Of a stretch of 57,486 bases of DNA, positions 7,657-16,828 are shown one piece after another. The first letter of the stretch is position 1, and every line of letters begins with the position of its first letter. The position numbers were made by a program, and so were the translations under genes. The stretch is from Nanobdellota archaeon. Its GTDB lineage: Archaea > Nanobdellota > Nanobdellia > Pacearchaeales > GW2011-AR1. The notes below the pieces were generated by a model. That model was not told the origin of the DNA. It ran no database searches and saw only the letters and a program-made list of their open reading frames with translations. Location: positions 1-57,486 of the forward strand of contig JBBSXA010000030.1 of NCBI GenBank assembly GCA_038045985.1. The letters run 5' to 3'.

Positions 7657-9426
7657 CTACTCAAGCACAGCCTTAATTCTTCTTACCCCTGCAGAAACTG
7701 ATTCTTCCTTGATTATTTTGAATTTTCCAATGTCTTTTGTGTTTTTGGCATGAGGGCCTGAGCAAAATTCCTTTGAGAAATTTCCTATAGAATATATTGA
7801 TACAATTTTACCATACTTTTCTTCAAATGAGCCTATTGCTCCTGATTTTTTAGCCTGCTCTAAATTCATTTCTTCTCTTTTTATTTCCAGAGATTTTTTA
7901 ATTTGTTCATTTACAAGATTTTCAATTTGCTTTAGCTCTGATTCTGTCAATTTTCTTTCAAAGTTAAAGTCTAATCTCAATCTTTCTGGAGTTATGTTTG
8001 AGCCTTTCTGGAATATATTTTTATTTTTCAGCACTTGTCTAAGAGCGGTCAAGAGCAAATGCGTTGCTGTGTGAAGTTTTGTTGTTTGCTCAGAATTATC
8101 TGCCAAGCCACTTTTGAATTTTCCTGCAGAGGCTGTTTGAGAAAGTTTTTGATGCTCCTCTAATTTTTTAAAGAATGATTTTTCATCGATATTAATATTT
8201 TTCTCTTCTGCTAATTCTTTTGTCATTTCAAGCGGAAAGCCATAACTTTGATATAATAAAAAGACATTTTCTCCAGATATTCTTTTTTTCTTTTTTGTTA
8301 TGTTATCAAAAAGGCTTAGGCCCTTTTCAAGGGTTTTTTCAAATTTTTCTTCTTCTCTATTTATCTCATTGTAAATAAATTCTCTTTTTTTGTGTATGTC
8401 TTTGTAGTCTGAATAGGTTTCAAATACTTTTTCTGCAATTGGATTTATTAAATTTTGGTCTGTGAGTCCCAATTTTCTTAGGTTGATTATTGCTCTTCTT
8501 ATTAATCTTCTAAGAACGTATCCTTGCTCTTTGTTGCTTGGTATTATTTCTTCTGCTAATATGAATACTGAGGCTTTAATGTGGTCTGCAATTATTCTCA
8601 TTGTTTTTTTATGATCATTGTATTTCCTTTTTGATAACTCTTCAATCTTTTGTATTATGGGCTTCCAGACTTCTGTTTGATAGTTGTCTGTTGTTCCATT
8701 TAAAATTGCTAAAGTTCTTTCAACACCCATTCCTGTATCAACGTTTTTTTGCTTTGCTGGAAGATATTTTCCATTTTCATCTTTAATATACTCCATGAAG
8801 ACGTCATTCCAGATTTCAACCCATTTGTTCCCACCAGTTGCTAAGGTAGAATCATTTGGATTAAACTCTTCAGGTACTTTATTTGATTTATCTTTCCAGT
8901 AAAACATTTCTGTGTCAGGTCCGCAAGGTCCTGTTGTTCCTGCTGGTCCCCACCAATTGTCTTCTTTTCCTAATGGAGTGATTTTGTTAATCCCTAAAGA
9001 TTTCCAAATTTTTTCAGATTCAGTATCTCTCTTTGTAGTTTTATCACCTGCAAAAATTGTAACTGCTAATTTTTCTTTGGGAATTTTAAGCTCTTTTGTT
9101 AAAAACTGGAAACTGAATTCAATAGCTTCTTTTTTCCAGTAGTTTCCTAAAGACCAATTGCCCAACATCTCAAAAAATGTATGATGCGTTTCATCTCCGA
9201 CTTCATCTATGTCGCCGGTTCTTATGCATTTTTGTAGGCTAACTAGATTTTTCCCAAGAGGATGCTTTTGACCTAAAAGATAGGGAACTAAAGGATGCAT
9301 TCCTGCTGTTGTAAACAAAACTGACGGATCTTCTTTTGGAACTAGTGATGAGTTTTCTATACGTTTATGCCCTTTTGATTCAAAGAATTTTATGTACTTT
9401 TCAATAAGCTGTTTGCGGGTTATCAT
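7657..9426 (-). CDS. alaS: alanyl-tRNA synthetase, short bacterial-type form (589 aa, no C-Ala domain)
   Basis: FTTAGMHPLVPYLLG, FFEMLGNWSLGNYWKKEAI, editing-domain HTATHLL and CSGPH motifs. Confidence 0.9.
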   Translation of the reverse strand: MITRKQLIEKYIKFFESKGHKRIENSSLVPKEDPSVLFTTAGMHPLVPYLLGQKHPLGKNLVSLQKCIRTGDIDEVGDETHHTFFEMLGNWSLGNYWKKEAIEFSFQFLTKELKIPKEKLAVTIFAGDKTTKRDTESEKIWKSLGINKITPLGKEDNWWGPAGTTGPCGPDTEMFYWKDKSNKVPEEFNPNDSTLATGGNKWVEIWNDVFMEYIKDENGKYLPAKQKNVDTGMGVERTLAILNGTTDNYQTEVWKPIIQKIEELSKRKYNDHKKTMRIIADHIKASVFILAEEIIPSNKEQGYVLRRLIRRAIINLRKLGLTDQNLINPIAEKVFETYSDYKDIHKKREFIYNEINREEEKFEKTLEKGLSLFDNITKKKKRISGENVFLLYQSYGFPLEMTKELAEEKNINIDEKSFFKKLEEHQKLSQTASAGKFKSGLADNSEQTTKLHTATHLLLTALRQVLKNKNIFQKGSNITPERLRLDFNFERKLTESELKQIENLVNEQIKKSLEIKREEMNLEQAKKSGAIGSFEEKYGKIVSIYSIGNFSKEFCSGPHAKNTKDIGKFKIIKEESVSAGVRRIKAVLE

Positions 9427-9476
9427 AGATATACAATAACAATAAACGTTTTAAAATTATTTGTTATTCTTGTTTA

Positions 9477-9665
9477 ATGAATTTGGAAGATAAATCTGGT
9501 TATTTAAGTTTTTTAAAAGAATTAAGCCTTTTTGTTATTCCTGGTGCAATGATATACCAAGCTAGAAAAGATGTTAAAAATTTTCAAAAGGATAAAACTG
9601 TCTATTATATTGCAGGAGGAATAGAGATAATTAAAACAGGAGCTTGTATTTATTTTTTATCCTAA
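9477..9665 (+). CDS. small hypothetical membrane protein
   Basis: 62-aa ORF with hydrophobic segments; support is weak. Confidence 0.3.
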   Translation: MNLEDKSGYLSFLKELSLFVIPGAMIYQARKDVKNFQKDKTVYYIAGGIEIIKTGACIYFLS

Positions 9666-10112
9666 ACTATTAAGCTTTTCCTGGATTTCGCGGAGCTGAA
9701 TTTCTAGATTGTCTTTTGGCTTTATTTCTTCTTTTTTAGGTTTCTGCTTTTTTTCTAATTCTTGAATTTTTTGTCTTTTAATTTCAGAAATTTCTTTCAG
9801 TGTTATTGTTTTTTCCGGTATTTCCTCTTCTTCAAGAATCTTCGGAATTTTTAACTTGGGAAGAAGCGCCTTCATTTTTCTTACATCGCTGTTGAAATCT
9901 CTGGCTTTTTTATGCAGAAGCTCTTTTAACTCTATCTCTGCAACTCTTAGTATTTTGTATTTTTTTAGCGCTTGCGCTATTTTAACAGCGTTCATTTGAG
10001 ACTTCAAAATATCTCGTCTGGCCTGAACTCCTTCTTGATATCCAAGCCTTATATAAACTAAATTTTCGCTTCTCATTTGAAAACGCGAGGACACCAAGGG
10101 TTTCCTTCGCAT
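9657..10112 (-). CDS. hypothetical coiled-coil protein
   Basis: ATG start, charged heptad-like sequence; no family recognised. Confidence 0.5.
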   Translation of the reverse strand: MRRKPLVSSRFQMRSENLVYIRLGYQEGVQARRDILKSQMNAVKIAQALKKYKILRVAEIELKELLHKKARDFNSDVRKMKALLPKLKIPKILEEEEIPEKTITLKEISEIKRQKIQELEKKQKPKKEEIKPKDNLEIQLREIQEKLNSLG

Positions 10113-10213
10113 AACCTTCTTTTCATTTGTTTTCTATTTTCCCTTTCAGTTGCAGATGACAACTTCTTAAATTGCCTCCGAATGAAGTTGGAAAAAATTA
10201 TTTAATTTTTTTA

Positions 10214-10936
10214 TCATTCTATTTTAGAAAAAATGTCTTTGTCAATTTTGTCTATCTGCTCTTTTATGCGCATGATCTCATGCTGCCAGCTTTGAAGCTG
10301 TTTTTCTTCCTCTTCTTTTACTTCTCCTATATTCTTGAGGATTTTCTCCATATCTGCAATTTCTTTTTTTGTTTTTTCAAAAGCTTTCAAGCTAGCCTCG
10401 AATTTGTCAATTCTAATAAACACAGGCTCTATTCTTTTTATTCTGCTTGTTTCAAAGTTTTCCTCATGCTGAATCTCCGGCATTTTGAAGTTTTCTTCCT
10501 TGAAATCAGAGAAATCGTCTATCTCTTCTCTAGGGGACGCTTCAAGATCTATAGAATAAGGGGGCCTTATTTCTTTTGTTTTTTGCGGAACAAATTTCCT
10601 TTCTGATATCTCTTGTTTTCTCTCAGGCATTTTTGGTTTGGGCATAGTTAACTGTGGTATCATTTGGCTTTCTTGGGAAAAGTCATCAACCTCAAAATTT
10701 TCATCCTCTTTTTCCTCAGTCATTGGCTTTGGAGAGCCTTTTACAGCTTCTTTTATTGTATTCTGAGAAAATTTATCGCCGAATGAACTGTTTGGGAAAA
10801 TTGGAAGTTTATGTATTTGCTCTCTTTTTTGAGGAGAAGTGAAATCTGGAAGATCTGGGAGTTTTGGCAGTTCAGGAAGGGACATCTCATCGTCAGACTT
10901 TCTTCCTTCACCTTCTTTTTTATTAAACCACCCCAT
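10214..10936 (-). CDS. hypothetical acidic protein with C-terminal coiled coil
   Basis: ATG start. The C-terminus (FIRIDKFEASLKAFEKTKKEIADMEKILK) resembles the neighbouring 9657..10112 product in style. Confidence 0.5.
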   Translation of the reverse strand: MGWFNKKEGEGRKSDDEMSLPELPKLPDLPDFTSPQKREQIHKLPIFPNSSFGDKFSQNTIKEAVKGSPKPMTEEKEDENFEVDDFSQESQMIPQLTMPKPKMPERKQEISERKFVPQKTKEIRPPYSIDLEASPREEIDDFSDFKEENFKMPEIQHEENFETSRIKRIEPVFIRIDKFEASLKAFEKTKKEIADMEKILKNIGEVKEEEEKQLQSWQHEIMRIKEQIDKIDKDIFSKIE

Positions 10937-11024
10937 TTTACAGTATATATCTTTTGATGTATATAAAAGAGAATATAGGTTTAAAAATGTTTATCTTTTT
11001 GAAGGTTTTGGAATAAACCTGCAT

Positions 11025-11047
11025 AACCGAAACTAAAACTTTCGGTT
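11025..11047. promoter_or_regulatory. 8-bp perfect inverted repeat in the divergent intergenic region upstream of tfe
   Basis: AACCGAAA ctaaaac TTTCGGTT; a third ACCGAAA copy lies ~30 nt downstream. Confidence 0.35.
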
Positions 11048-11111
11048 TTGTATCGATTTTTAGCAGGCTAAAAACCGAAAGGTATTTAATGAGATTTTTT
11101 TTATAGTTAAG

Positions 11112-11831
11112 ATGCTGAAAGATCTTCTTAATGAGGTTATAGTTCTCGTCGCTGGCAAACCAGCAGAGCCAATTGCAGATTTGCTGAACAGCGCTAAGCA
11201 TGTTAATGAATTTTTGATAGCAAAAAAATTAGACATAACAATAAACCAGGCAAGAAACATTCTTTACAAGATATCTAATTATGGGCTTGTTTCTTCCATA
11301 AGGAAGAAAGACAAGAAAAAAGGATGGTTCACTTATTTTTGGAAGATTGAAGTCGTTAAGTCTCTGGAATTTTTAAGGGAGAGTTTGATTAAAAGGATGG
11401 ATCAAATAAATAACCAGATAAAAAGCAGAGAAGCCAAGCAATTTTATGTTTGTGAGAAGTGCAATATTGAGCTAAGCGAAGAAAATGCCTTGTTTTATGA
11501 TTTTACATGTCAGGAATGCGGGAAAGTTTTTTCTTTGAAGGATAATTCAGGATTGTTAAAAGAGCTTAAGAAGCAGCAAGCTAGGCTTATTGCAAAAATT
11601 GAAGAAATAGATAAAGAGATAGAAAGCGAGAGAGTCAAGGAAGAAAAGCTCAAGCCTAAGAAAAAACTTGTGTTGGATAAAAAATCTGCTGCAAGAAGAT
11701 TTGTTAAAAAGAAAATTTTAAAGAACGCGCCTGAAAAGAAAGTTAAGAAAATTTTTCATAAATCTAAAAAGGTTTCTGACAAAAAGGCAAAAAATATTTT
11801 AAAGAAAACTAAATCGAAGAAAAAAAGGTAA
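11112..11831 (+). CDS. tfe: transcription factor E (TFIIE-alpha homologue)
   Basis: N-terminal winged helix (FLIAKKLDITINQARNILYKISNYGLV) plus a zinc ribbon (CEKCN...CQECG), followed by a Lys-rich tail. Confidence 0.8.
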   Translation: MLKDLLNEVIVLVAGKPAEPIADLLNSAKHVNEFLIAKKLDITINQARNILYKISNYGLVSSIRKKDKKKGWFTYFWKIEVVKSLEFLRESLIKRMDQINNQIKSREAKQFYVCEKCNIELSEENALFYDFTCQECGKVFSLKDNSGLLKELKKQQARLIAKIEEIDKEIESERVKEEKLKPKKKLVLDKKSAARRFVKKKILKNAPEKKVKKIFHKSKKVSDKKAKNILKKTKSKKKR

Positions 11832-12493
11832 TGGTTGATTATCAAGTTTCAAGCAAAAAAAGTTTTTTATCCAGCCTTAGCGTGAATGTTATTATAATAC
11901 TAATTACTGTTTTATTTTTCTTTATTGCTTCTATTTTGTTAGCCAGTAACGAAAGTTTTATAGATTTTATCGCGATTAAGCCTGCTAATATTCTGGCTGG
12001 AAATTACATATGGACGTTTATTACAAGCATGCTTATGCATGGCGGTTTTTTCCACTTATTTGCAAATATGCTTTCTTTGTTTTTTGTTGGAAGCTTGACA
12101 GAAAAAATTCTTGGCAGAAAAAGATATTTTTGGTTTTATATTGCAGCAGGACTTTTTGCAGGTTTTCTTTTTGTTTTTTCCAGCCTGATTTTCACTTCTG
12201 AAATTAACAGCTATGCAGTTGGAGCTTCCGGGGCTATTTTTGGCCTTATAGGTCTTTTGATGATTTTAACCCCTAACCTTCCCGTTTATCTTATGTTTGT
12301 TCCAATTCCTGTCAAGATGAAGTATGCCGCTCCAGGAATGCTTATAGTCTTATGGCTTATTTCTATTGCTGGAAATGTTCCTATTGGAAACACTGCACAT
12401 CTTGGAGGATTTTTGGCCGGACTTTTTTATGGGTTTTATTTGAAAAAAAAGTACAGCAGAAAAACAAGAATGATTGGCAGATATTTTAGTTAA
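11831..12493 (+). CDS. rhomboid-family intramembrane serine protease
   Basis: HGGFFHLFANM, GASGAIFG (GxSG) and HLGGFLAG motifs in a polytopic protein. Confidence 0.85.
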   Translation: MVDYQVSSKKSFLSSLSVNVIIILITVLFFFIASILLASNESFIDFIAIKPANILAGNYIWTFITSMLMHGGFFHLFANMLSLFFVGSLTEKILGRKRYFWFYIAAGLFAGFLFVFSSLIFTSEINSYAVGASGAIFGLIGLLMILTPNLPVYLMFVPIPVKMKYAAPGMLIVLWLISIAGNVPIGNTAHLGGFLAGLFYGFYLKKKYSRKTRMIGRYFS

Positions 12494-12523
12494 GTTTAAA
12501 TTTGATGTTTGCTTGTTTATGCC

Positions 12524-13150
12524 ATGAAGAAGAGAGCTGATAAGAAACATTTTAGTTTTAAAGGGGAATATCTTAAGACATTTTCTTTTTTGAGAGATTC
12601 CAGGGATTTTATTTATGCAGCTATTTTGGGTTTTTTCATATTTGCTGCTCTAGGATTTTTTTTTAGTGATTTAATTCAAGAGATTTTTCTTAGCTTTGGA
12701 GTTAATATTAATGAGAAAATTTTATATCTCATAGAGAAGCTTATTTCTCAGACAGAAGGAATGAGCCATGGAGAGTTAATAGGCTTTATTTTCTTCAATA
12801 ATCTTCAGAGCAGTTTTCTTTCTTTGGCTTTAGGGATTGCTGCGGGAATTTTCCCGCTTTTTTCTTTGATTTTTAATGGATACCTTCTTGGATTTGTTGC
12901 TTTTTTTAGCGTGAATTCAGCAGGTTATCTTATTTTGTGGAGAATATTGCCTCATGGAATATTTGAGCTCCCTGCAATTTTTATTTCTATAGGGCTTGGG
13001 TTGAAGTTAGGATTTTGCTTGTTATTCAAAGGAAGCAAAGATTTTAAGTCTAATTTTTTTGGCTCTTTAAAAACATTTTTGCTTGTTGTTTTTCCTCTTT
13101 TGCTCATTGCAGCCATTATAGAAGGGAGTTTGATTTTTTTTGGGAGCTAG
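12524..13150 (+). CDS. SpoIIM-like (DUF95) membrane protein
   Basis: LPHGIFELPAIFISIGLG motif and multiple TM segments. The first ATG is at 12524; the track start at 12509 is a TTG. Confidence 0.7.
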   Translation: MKKRADKKHFSFKGEYLKTFSFLRDSRDFIYAAILGFFIFAALGFFFSDLIQEIFLSFGVNINEKILYLIEKLISQTEGMSHGELIGFIFFNNLQSSFLSLALGIAAGIFPLFSLIFNGYLLGFVAFFSVNSAGYLILWRILPHGIFELPAIFISIGLGLKLGFCLLFKGSKDFKSNFFGSLKTFLLVVFPLLLIAAIIEGSLIFFGS

Positions 13151-13910
13151 TTTGATTTTCTAAAAAAGGATTTATTGCTTCAGCAACTTCTTTTGGTCTT
13201 GAGTTAATTATGCTGTGTTTTGCATCTTCAATCATGTGTGTTTGCCAGTTATGTTGTCTTGCAAAGTCTAAATAACCTTGTTCATAAAATATATCATCAT
13301 TTTCCCCATAGATTAACAAAATAGGATGCTCTATTTCTTGATAATGGCCGGGCAGATAATGGCTATCTCTCATTCTTCCAAAGGGGGTAAATCCTGTTCT
13401 TCCATGCCTTAACATTATCGCAAATTCTTCTCCATTATTATCAAGGTCTTTTTTGAGTCTTTGTCTTTTTTCTTCGCTCCAATTAAGAGTTTTCTTCCAT
13501 AAAAAATTACTATTAACTATTTTTTTTGCAATTGTTGGGTTAAACAAACCACTACTCAATGTAAAGGCAAAGCTTCTTTTTATTCTTTTATCTAACCCTG
13601 CAGGGTTTAGAAATATTATTTTTTCAAGGTTATTTTTTATCACAGGATACGATTCTGCTATTCCCAATCCAGACATGGATATTCCAAATAATGAGAAACT
13701 ATTGTCTAAAATTCCATGCTTTTTTGCTTCTGGAATAAGCAGTTCTAGCCAGTCAGTGCAATATCTTGAGCCATATATGTCTTCTTTTTCAAGAAGTTTT
13801 GTTGTTTCTCCAGAACCTATCCAATCAGGAGCAATAAGCCTATAATCTTCTCTAAAATGCCTTGAAAATTCATCAAATGATTCTGCCGCATAGGTTCCTA
13901 TTTCGTGCAA
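13116..13910 (-). CDS. alpha/beta-fold hydrolase (N-terminus uncertain)
   Basis: GISMSG nucleophile elbow and a C-terminal DAKH. The reading frame stays open upstream of the first ATG and encodes LVALHE. Confidence 0.7.
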   Translation of the reverse strand: MHEIGTYAAESFDEFSRHFREDYRLIAPDWIGSGETTKLLEKEDIYGSRYCTDWLELLIPEAKKHGILDNSFSLFGISMSGLGIAESYPVIKNNLEKIIFLNPAGLDKRIKRSFAFTLSSGLFNPTIAKKIVNSNFLWKKTLNWSEEKRQRLKKDLDNNGEEFAIMLRHGRTGFTPFGRMRDSHYLPGHYQEIEHPILLIYGENDDIFYEQGYLDFARQHNWQTHMIEDAKHSIINSRPKEVAEAINPFLENQTSSQKKSNSLL

Positions 13911-14039
13911 TGCAACTAAAGTTTTTTTTGCATTAGGATTGTAAATCCTTACATGCGCTGTTGTCTCTCTCTGAATTCAAAATTTAAGTAGTAATCTTCC
14001 ATTAAATAAAATCTAAAAATTAGTTTTTAAAGATTGTTG

Positions 14040-14378
14040 TTATGGGGTAAACTTCATTTGTGGATAGTCTATAATTTCACCATTAGATACTTTTTGAGCA
14101 TATAATTCTGATTCTCTTAGATTTCCAGATACACTTACACATTCTTTATATAAATCCAAAAACTCCAAATAACCTATACAGATATCATTAGAGTCTCTAA
14201 CAACTCTTTTTCTGGTGCCATTTTCAATTGATTCAAAACTCCAAGTATATTTTTCAGGCAGTATTTCTTTATTAATAATATAATCAGTAGTTTCTTGAAT
14301 TCTTGGAATTTCTTTACCACATCCTGTTAAAATCGTTCCTGCTGTGATAAATGTTAACAATGTTTTTCCAAATTTCAT
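14040..14378 (-). CDS. putative lipoprotein
   Basis: Signal peptide with a lipobox-like ILTGC. Confidence 0.5.
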   Translation of the reverse strand: MKFGKTLLTFITAGTILTGCGKEIPRIQETTDYIINKEILPEKYTWSFESIENGTRKRVVRDSNDICIGYLEFLDLYKECVSVSGNLRESELYAQKVSNGEIIDYPQMKFTP

Positions 14379-14410
14379 TTGATTCTTATCTAAGGTCTAC
14401 TTATAAACCT

Positions 14411-14626
14411 TTAGTTTCTCAAATCAGATATTCCTAGAATTATCAAGAAAAGTCCTGCCATGAAGACAAGCCAGAATAATCCGCCTTTAAGGAAGATCCA
14501 GGCTGCATAAAGAAAGTCAAAAGATTTTCCGAATAGCACCCAGTTGTATTCTGAAGAAAGCCATGCAATAAGTATTGCTCCAAGCAAGAGTATCAACCCT
14601 GTGAAGAGCTCTGTCCATTTATTCAT
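14411..14626 (-). CDS. small two-TM membrane protein
   Basis: 71 aa with two hydrophobic helices. Confidence 0.45.
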   Translation of the reverse strand: MNKWTELFTGLILLLGAILIAWLSSEYNWVLFGKSFDFLYAAWIFLKGGLFWLVFMAGLFLIILGISDLRN

Positions 14627-14705
14627 GTATGAGTAGGTTTTTCTTGATTTAAAAAGATTTTTGTTGTGGAAGATAGGTTTTTAAGTTGGGGGTTTTAGTC
14701 TTATA

Positions 14706-15617
14706 ATGAAAAAAGTCAAACACATTAAAGTATCTAAGGGCATGAAGGCTTTTGAGCTTGTAGAAGAGATGAGAGGTGCGGGGTTTGGGGCAGGCAAAAT
14801 AGCTAGAGCTTCAGAGATAATGTCAATCATGTTTCATGATAAAGAATGCAAGGTTTTTTTTGGAGTTGCAGGCGCCATGGTGCCGGCAGGAATGAAAGAG
14901 GTAATTCTTGATGTTTTGGATAATGTGGATGTTTTTGTTACAACTGGAGCCACGTTGACTCATGATTTAGCTGAATCTTTAGGAGAAAGTCATTATATTG
15001 GAGATGAGCTTGAAGATGACAAAAAGCTGCACGAAAAAGGCTTTGACAGAATGTATAATATTCTTATGAGCAATAAGGCTTATGAAAGGCTTGAAGATTT
15101 TTTTGAGAGGAATTTTGACAAGCTTAGTGAATGCAGTAGCATAAAAGATTTTTTATGGAAGATTGGCGAGATTTTGGGTGATGGAAATATTAAGGGCAGT
15201 ATTTTACAAAAATGTTATGAGAAAAAAATCCCTATTTTTTGCCCAGGAATTGCGGATTCTGGAATTGGCTTGATGATTTGGGGGCACTTGGCAAAAGGCA
15301 AGAAAATAAATGTTGGGGCTTTTAATGATCTTAATGACATTATTGACTTTTCATGGACTGCAAAGAAAACAGGGGTTATTTACATTGGTGGAGGTTTGCC
15401 CAAAAATTTTATACAGCAGGCATTGCAATTTTCAAAAGGAGCTGATTATGGGATTCAGATTACTACAGATAGGGCTGAGCCTGGGGGAAGTTCCGGAGCG
15501 CCATTAAGAGAAGGAATTTCTTGGGGAAAAATGAAGCCTGGAGCTGAATTTGTTGATGTTTTTTGCGATGCCACAATTGCTCTGCCATTAATTTTTTCAT
15601 ACGAAATTTCGACATAA
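14706..15617 (+). CDS. dys: deoxyhypusine synthase
   Basis: FGVAGAMVPAGMKEV, TTGATLTHD, IGGGLPKNFIQQ, GAPLREGISWGK. Confidence 0.9.
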   Translation: MKKVKHIKVSKGMKAFELVEEMRGAGFGAGKIARASEIMSIMFHDKECKVFFGVAGAMVPAGMKEVILDVLDNVDVFVTTGATLTHDLAESLGESHYIGDELEDDKKLHEKGFDRMYNILMSNKAYERLEDFFERNFDKLSECSSIKDFLWKIGEILGDGNIKGSILQKCYEKKIPIFCPGIADSGIGLMIWGHLAKGKKINVGAFNDLNDIIDFSWTAKKTGVIYIGGGLPKNFIQQALQFSKGADYGIQITTDRAEPGGSSGAPLREGISWGKMKPGAEFVDVFCDATIALPLIFSYEIST

Positions 15618-15648
15618 AGCTTATATAAGACTGCTATTTATTTTCTGC

Positions 15649-16827
15649 ATGGTTTTTGAAAAAGAGCGGACGAAAGACATTCAGATTTTTCCTTTAAGCG
15701 AAGAAAAAATTATTGAAAAAAATCAAATCAAGGATATTCAAGTTTTTCGCTCGAAGGAAGGAAAAAGAAATGAAAGAGAAAAGGGCGGTGAAGAGAGCAG
15801 GGAAAATTCAATGCTCGAGGCCCTCAAGATTTTTTCTCCAGGCACAGCAATGAGAAATGCTATTGATGATATCCTTAGAGCTAATCTGGGGGCTTTGATT
15901 GTTATATACAAGGAAGGAATGTCAAAAATTCTTGAAGGCGGCTTTAGAGTTAATTGCAAGTTCAGCCCGCAGAGGCTTGTCGAACTTGCTAAAATGGATG
16001 GAGCAATAGTTCTTTCTAAGGATTTAAGGGAGATTCTTTTTGCAAATGTTCTTCTTGTTCCAAAAGCCAGTTTCAAATCTTCTGAAACCGGGACAAGACA
16101 TCAGGCGGCAGAAAGAACTGCAAAGCAGTTTAATTCTCTTGTTGTTGCTGTTTCTGAGAGAAAGAATAAGGTTACTATTTATCTTGGGGAAGACAAGTAT
16201 GTTTTGGAAAGCACGTCTGAAATACTGAGGAGAGCCACAGAAACACTCCAGATTCTTGAAAAACAGAAAGATCTTTTTGATGATTCTTTAATTCATCTCA
16301 ACATACTTGAAGTCACAAATCTGACGTCAACAAGTGATGTTTGCAGCGTTTTGCAAAGAATGGAAATAATAAAAAGAGTCTCGGATAACATAAGAAGGTA
16401 TCTTGTGGAATTGGGAAAAGAGGGGATCATTGTCAGCATGAGGCTTAGAGAGCTTACAAGGAATTTAAATTCTGAAAGAGAGCTAATTCTTAAGGATTAT
16501 TTTGGGTCTGATGCTGAGAGAATTGAAGATGTGCTAAGCAATATGAATTTTGATTTCCTGCTTGAGACTTCAAACATACTCCGGCTTATTTTTGAAGAGC
16601 TTAGGGATAAAATTATATTTCCAAAGGGCTATAGAATTTTGAGCAAAGCCAGTTTTCTTGAGAAGGACCTTGATGCCTTGATTGCTAATTTTGAAAATTT
16701 AGGAGATATATTTGATGCGGATGAAAATACTTTGAGCCAGGTTTTGGGAGGAAACTCTTTTATTTCTCCTGTAAAGAAAAATTTGGATTCTCTTAAGGAG
16801 AAAATTCTAGAAGGAAAGAAGATTTAA
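15649..16827 (+). CDS. disA: DisA-like diadenylate cyclase (DAC domain, helical linker, C-terminal HhH-like region)
   Basis: DAC motifs GALIVI, DGAIVLSKD, GTRHQAAERTAKQ. The N-terminal ~55 aa is a charged extension with the repeat KDIQIFP/KDIQVFR. Confidence 0.8.
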   Translation: MVFEKERTKDIQIFPLSEEKIIEKNQIKDIQVFRSKEGKRNEREKGGEESRENSMLEALKIFSPGTAMRNAIDDILRANLGALIVIYKEGMSKILEGGFRVNCKFSPQRLVELAKMDGAIVLSKDLREILFANVLLVPKASFKSSETGTRHQAAERTAKQFNSLVVAVSERKNKVTIYLGEDKYVLESTSEILRRATETLQILEKQKDLFDDSLIHLNILEVTNLTSTSDVCSVLQRMEIIKRVSDNIRRYLVELGKEGIIVSMRLRELTRNLNSERELILKDYFGSDAERIEDVLSNMNFDFLLETSNILRLIFEELRDKIIFPKGYRILSKASFLEKDLDALIANFENLGDIFDADENTLSQVLGGNSFISPVKKNLDSLKEKILEGKKI

Positions 16828-16828
16828 A

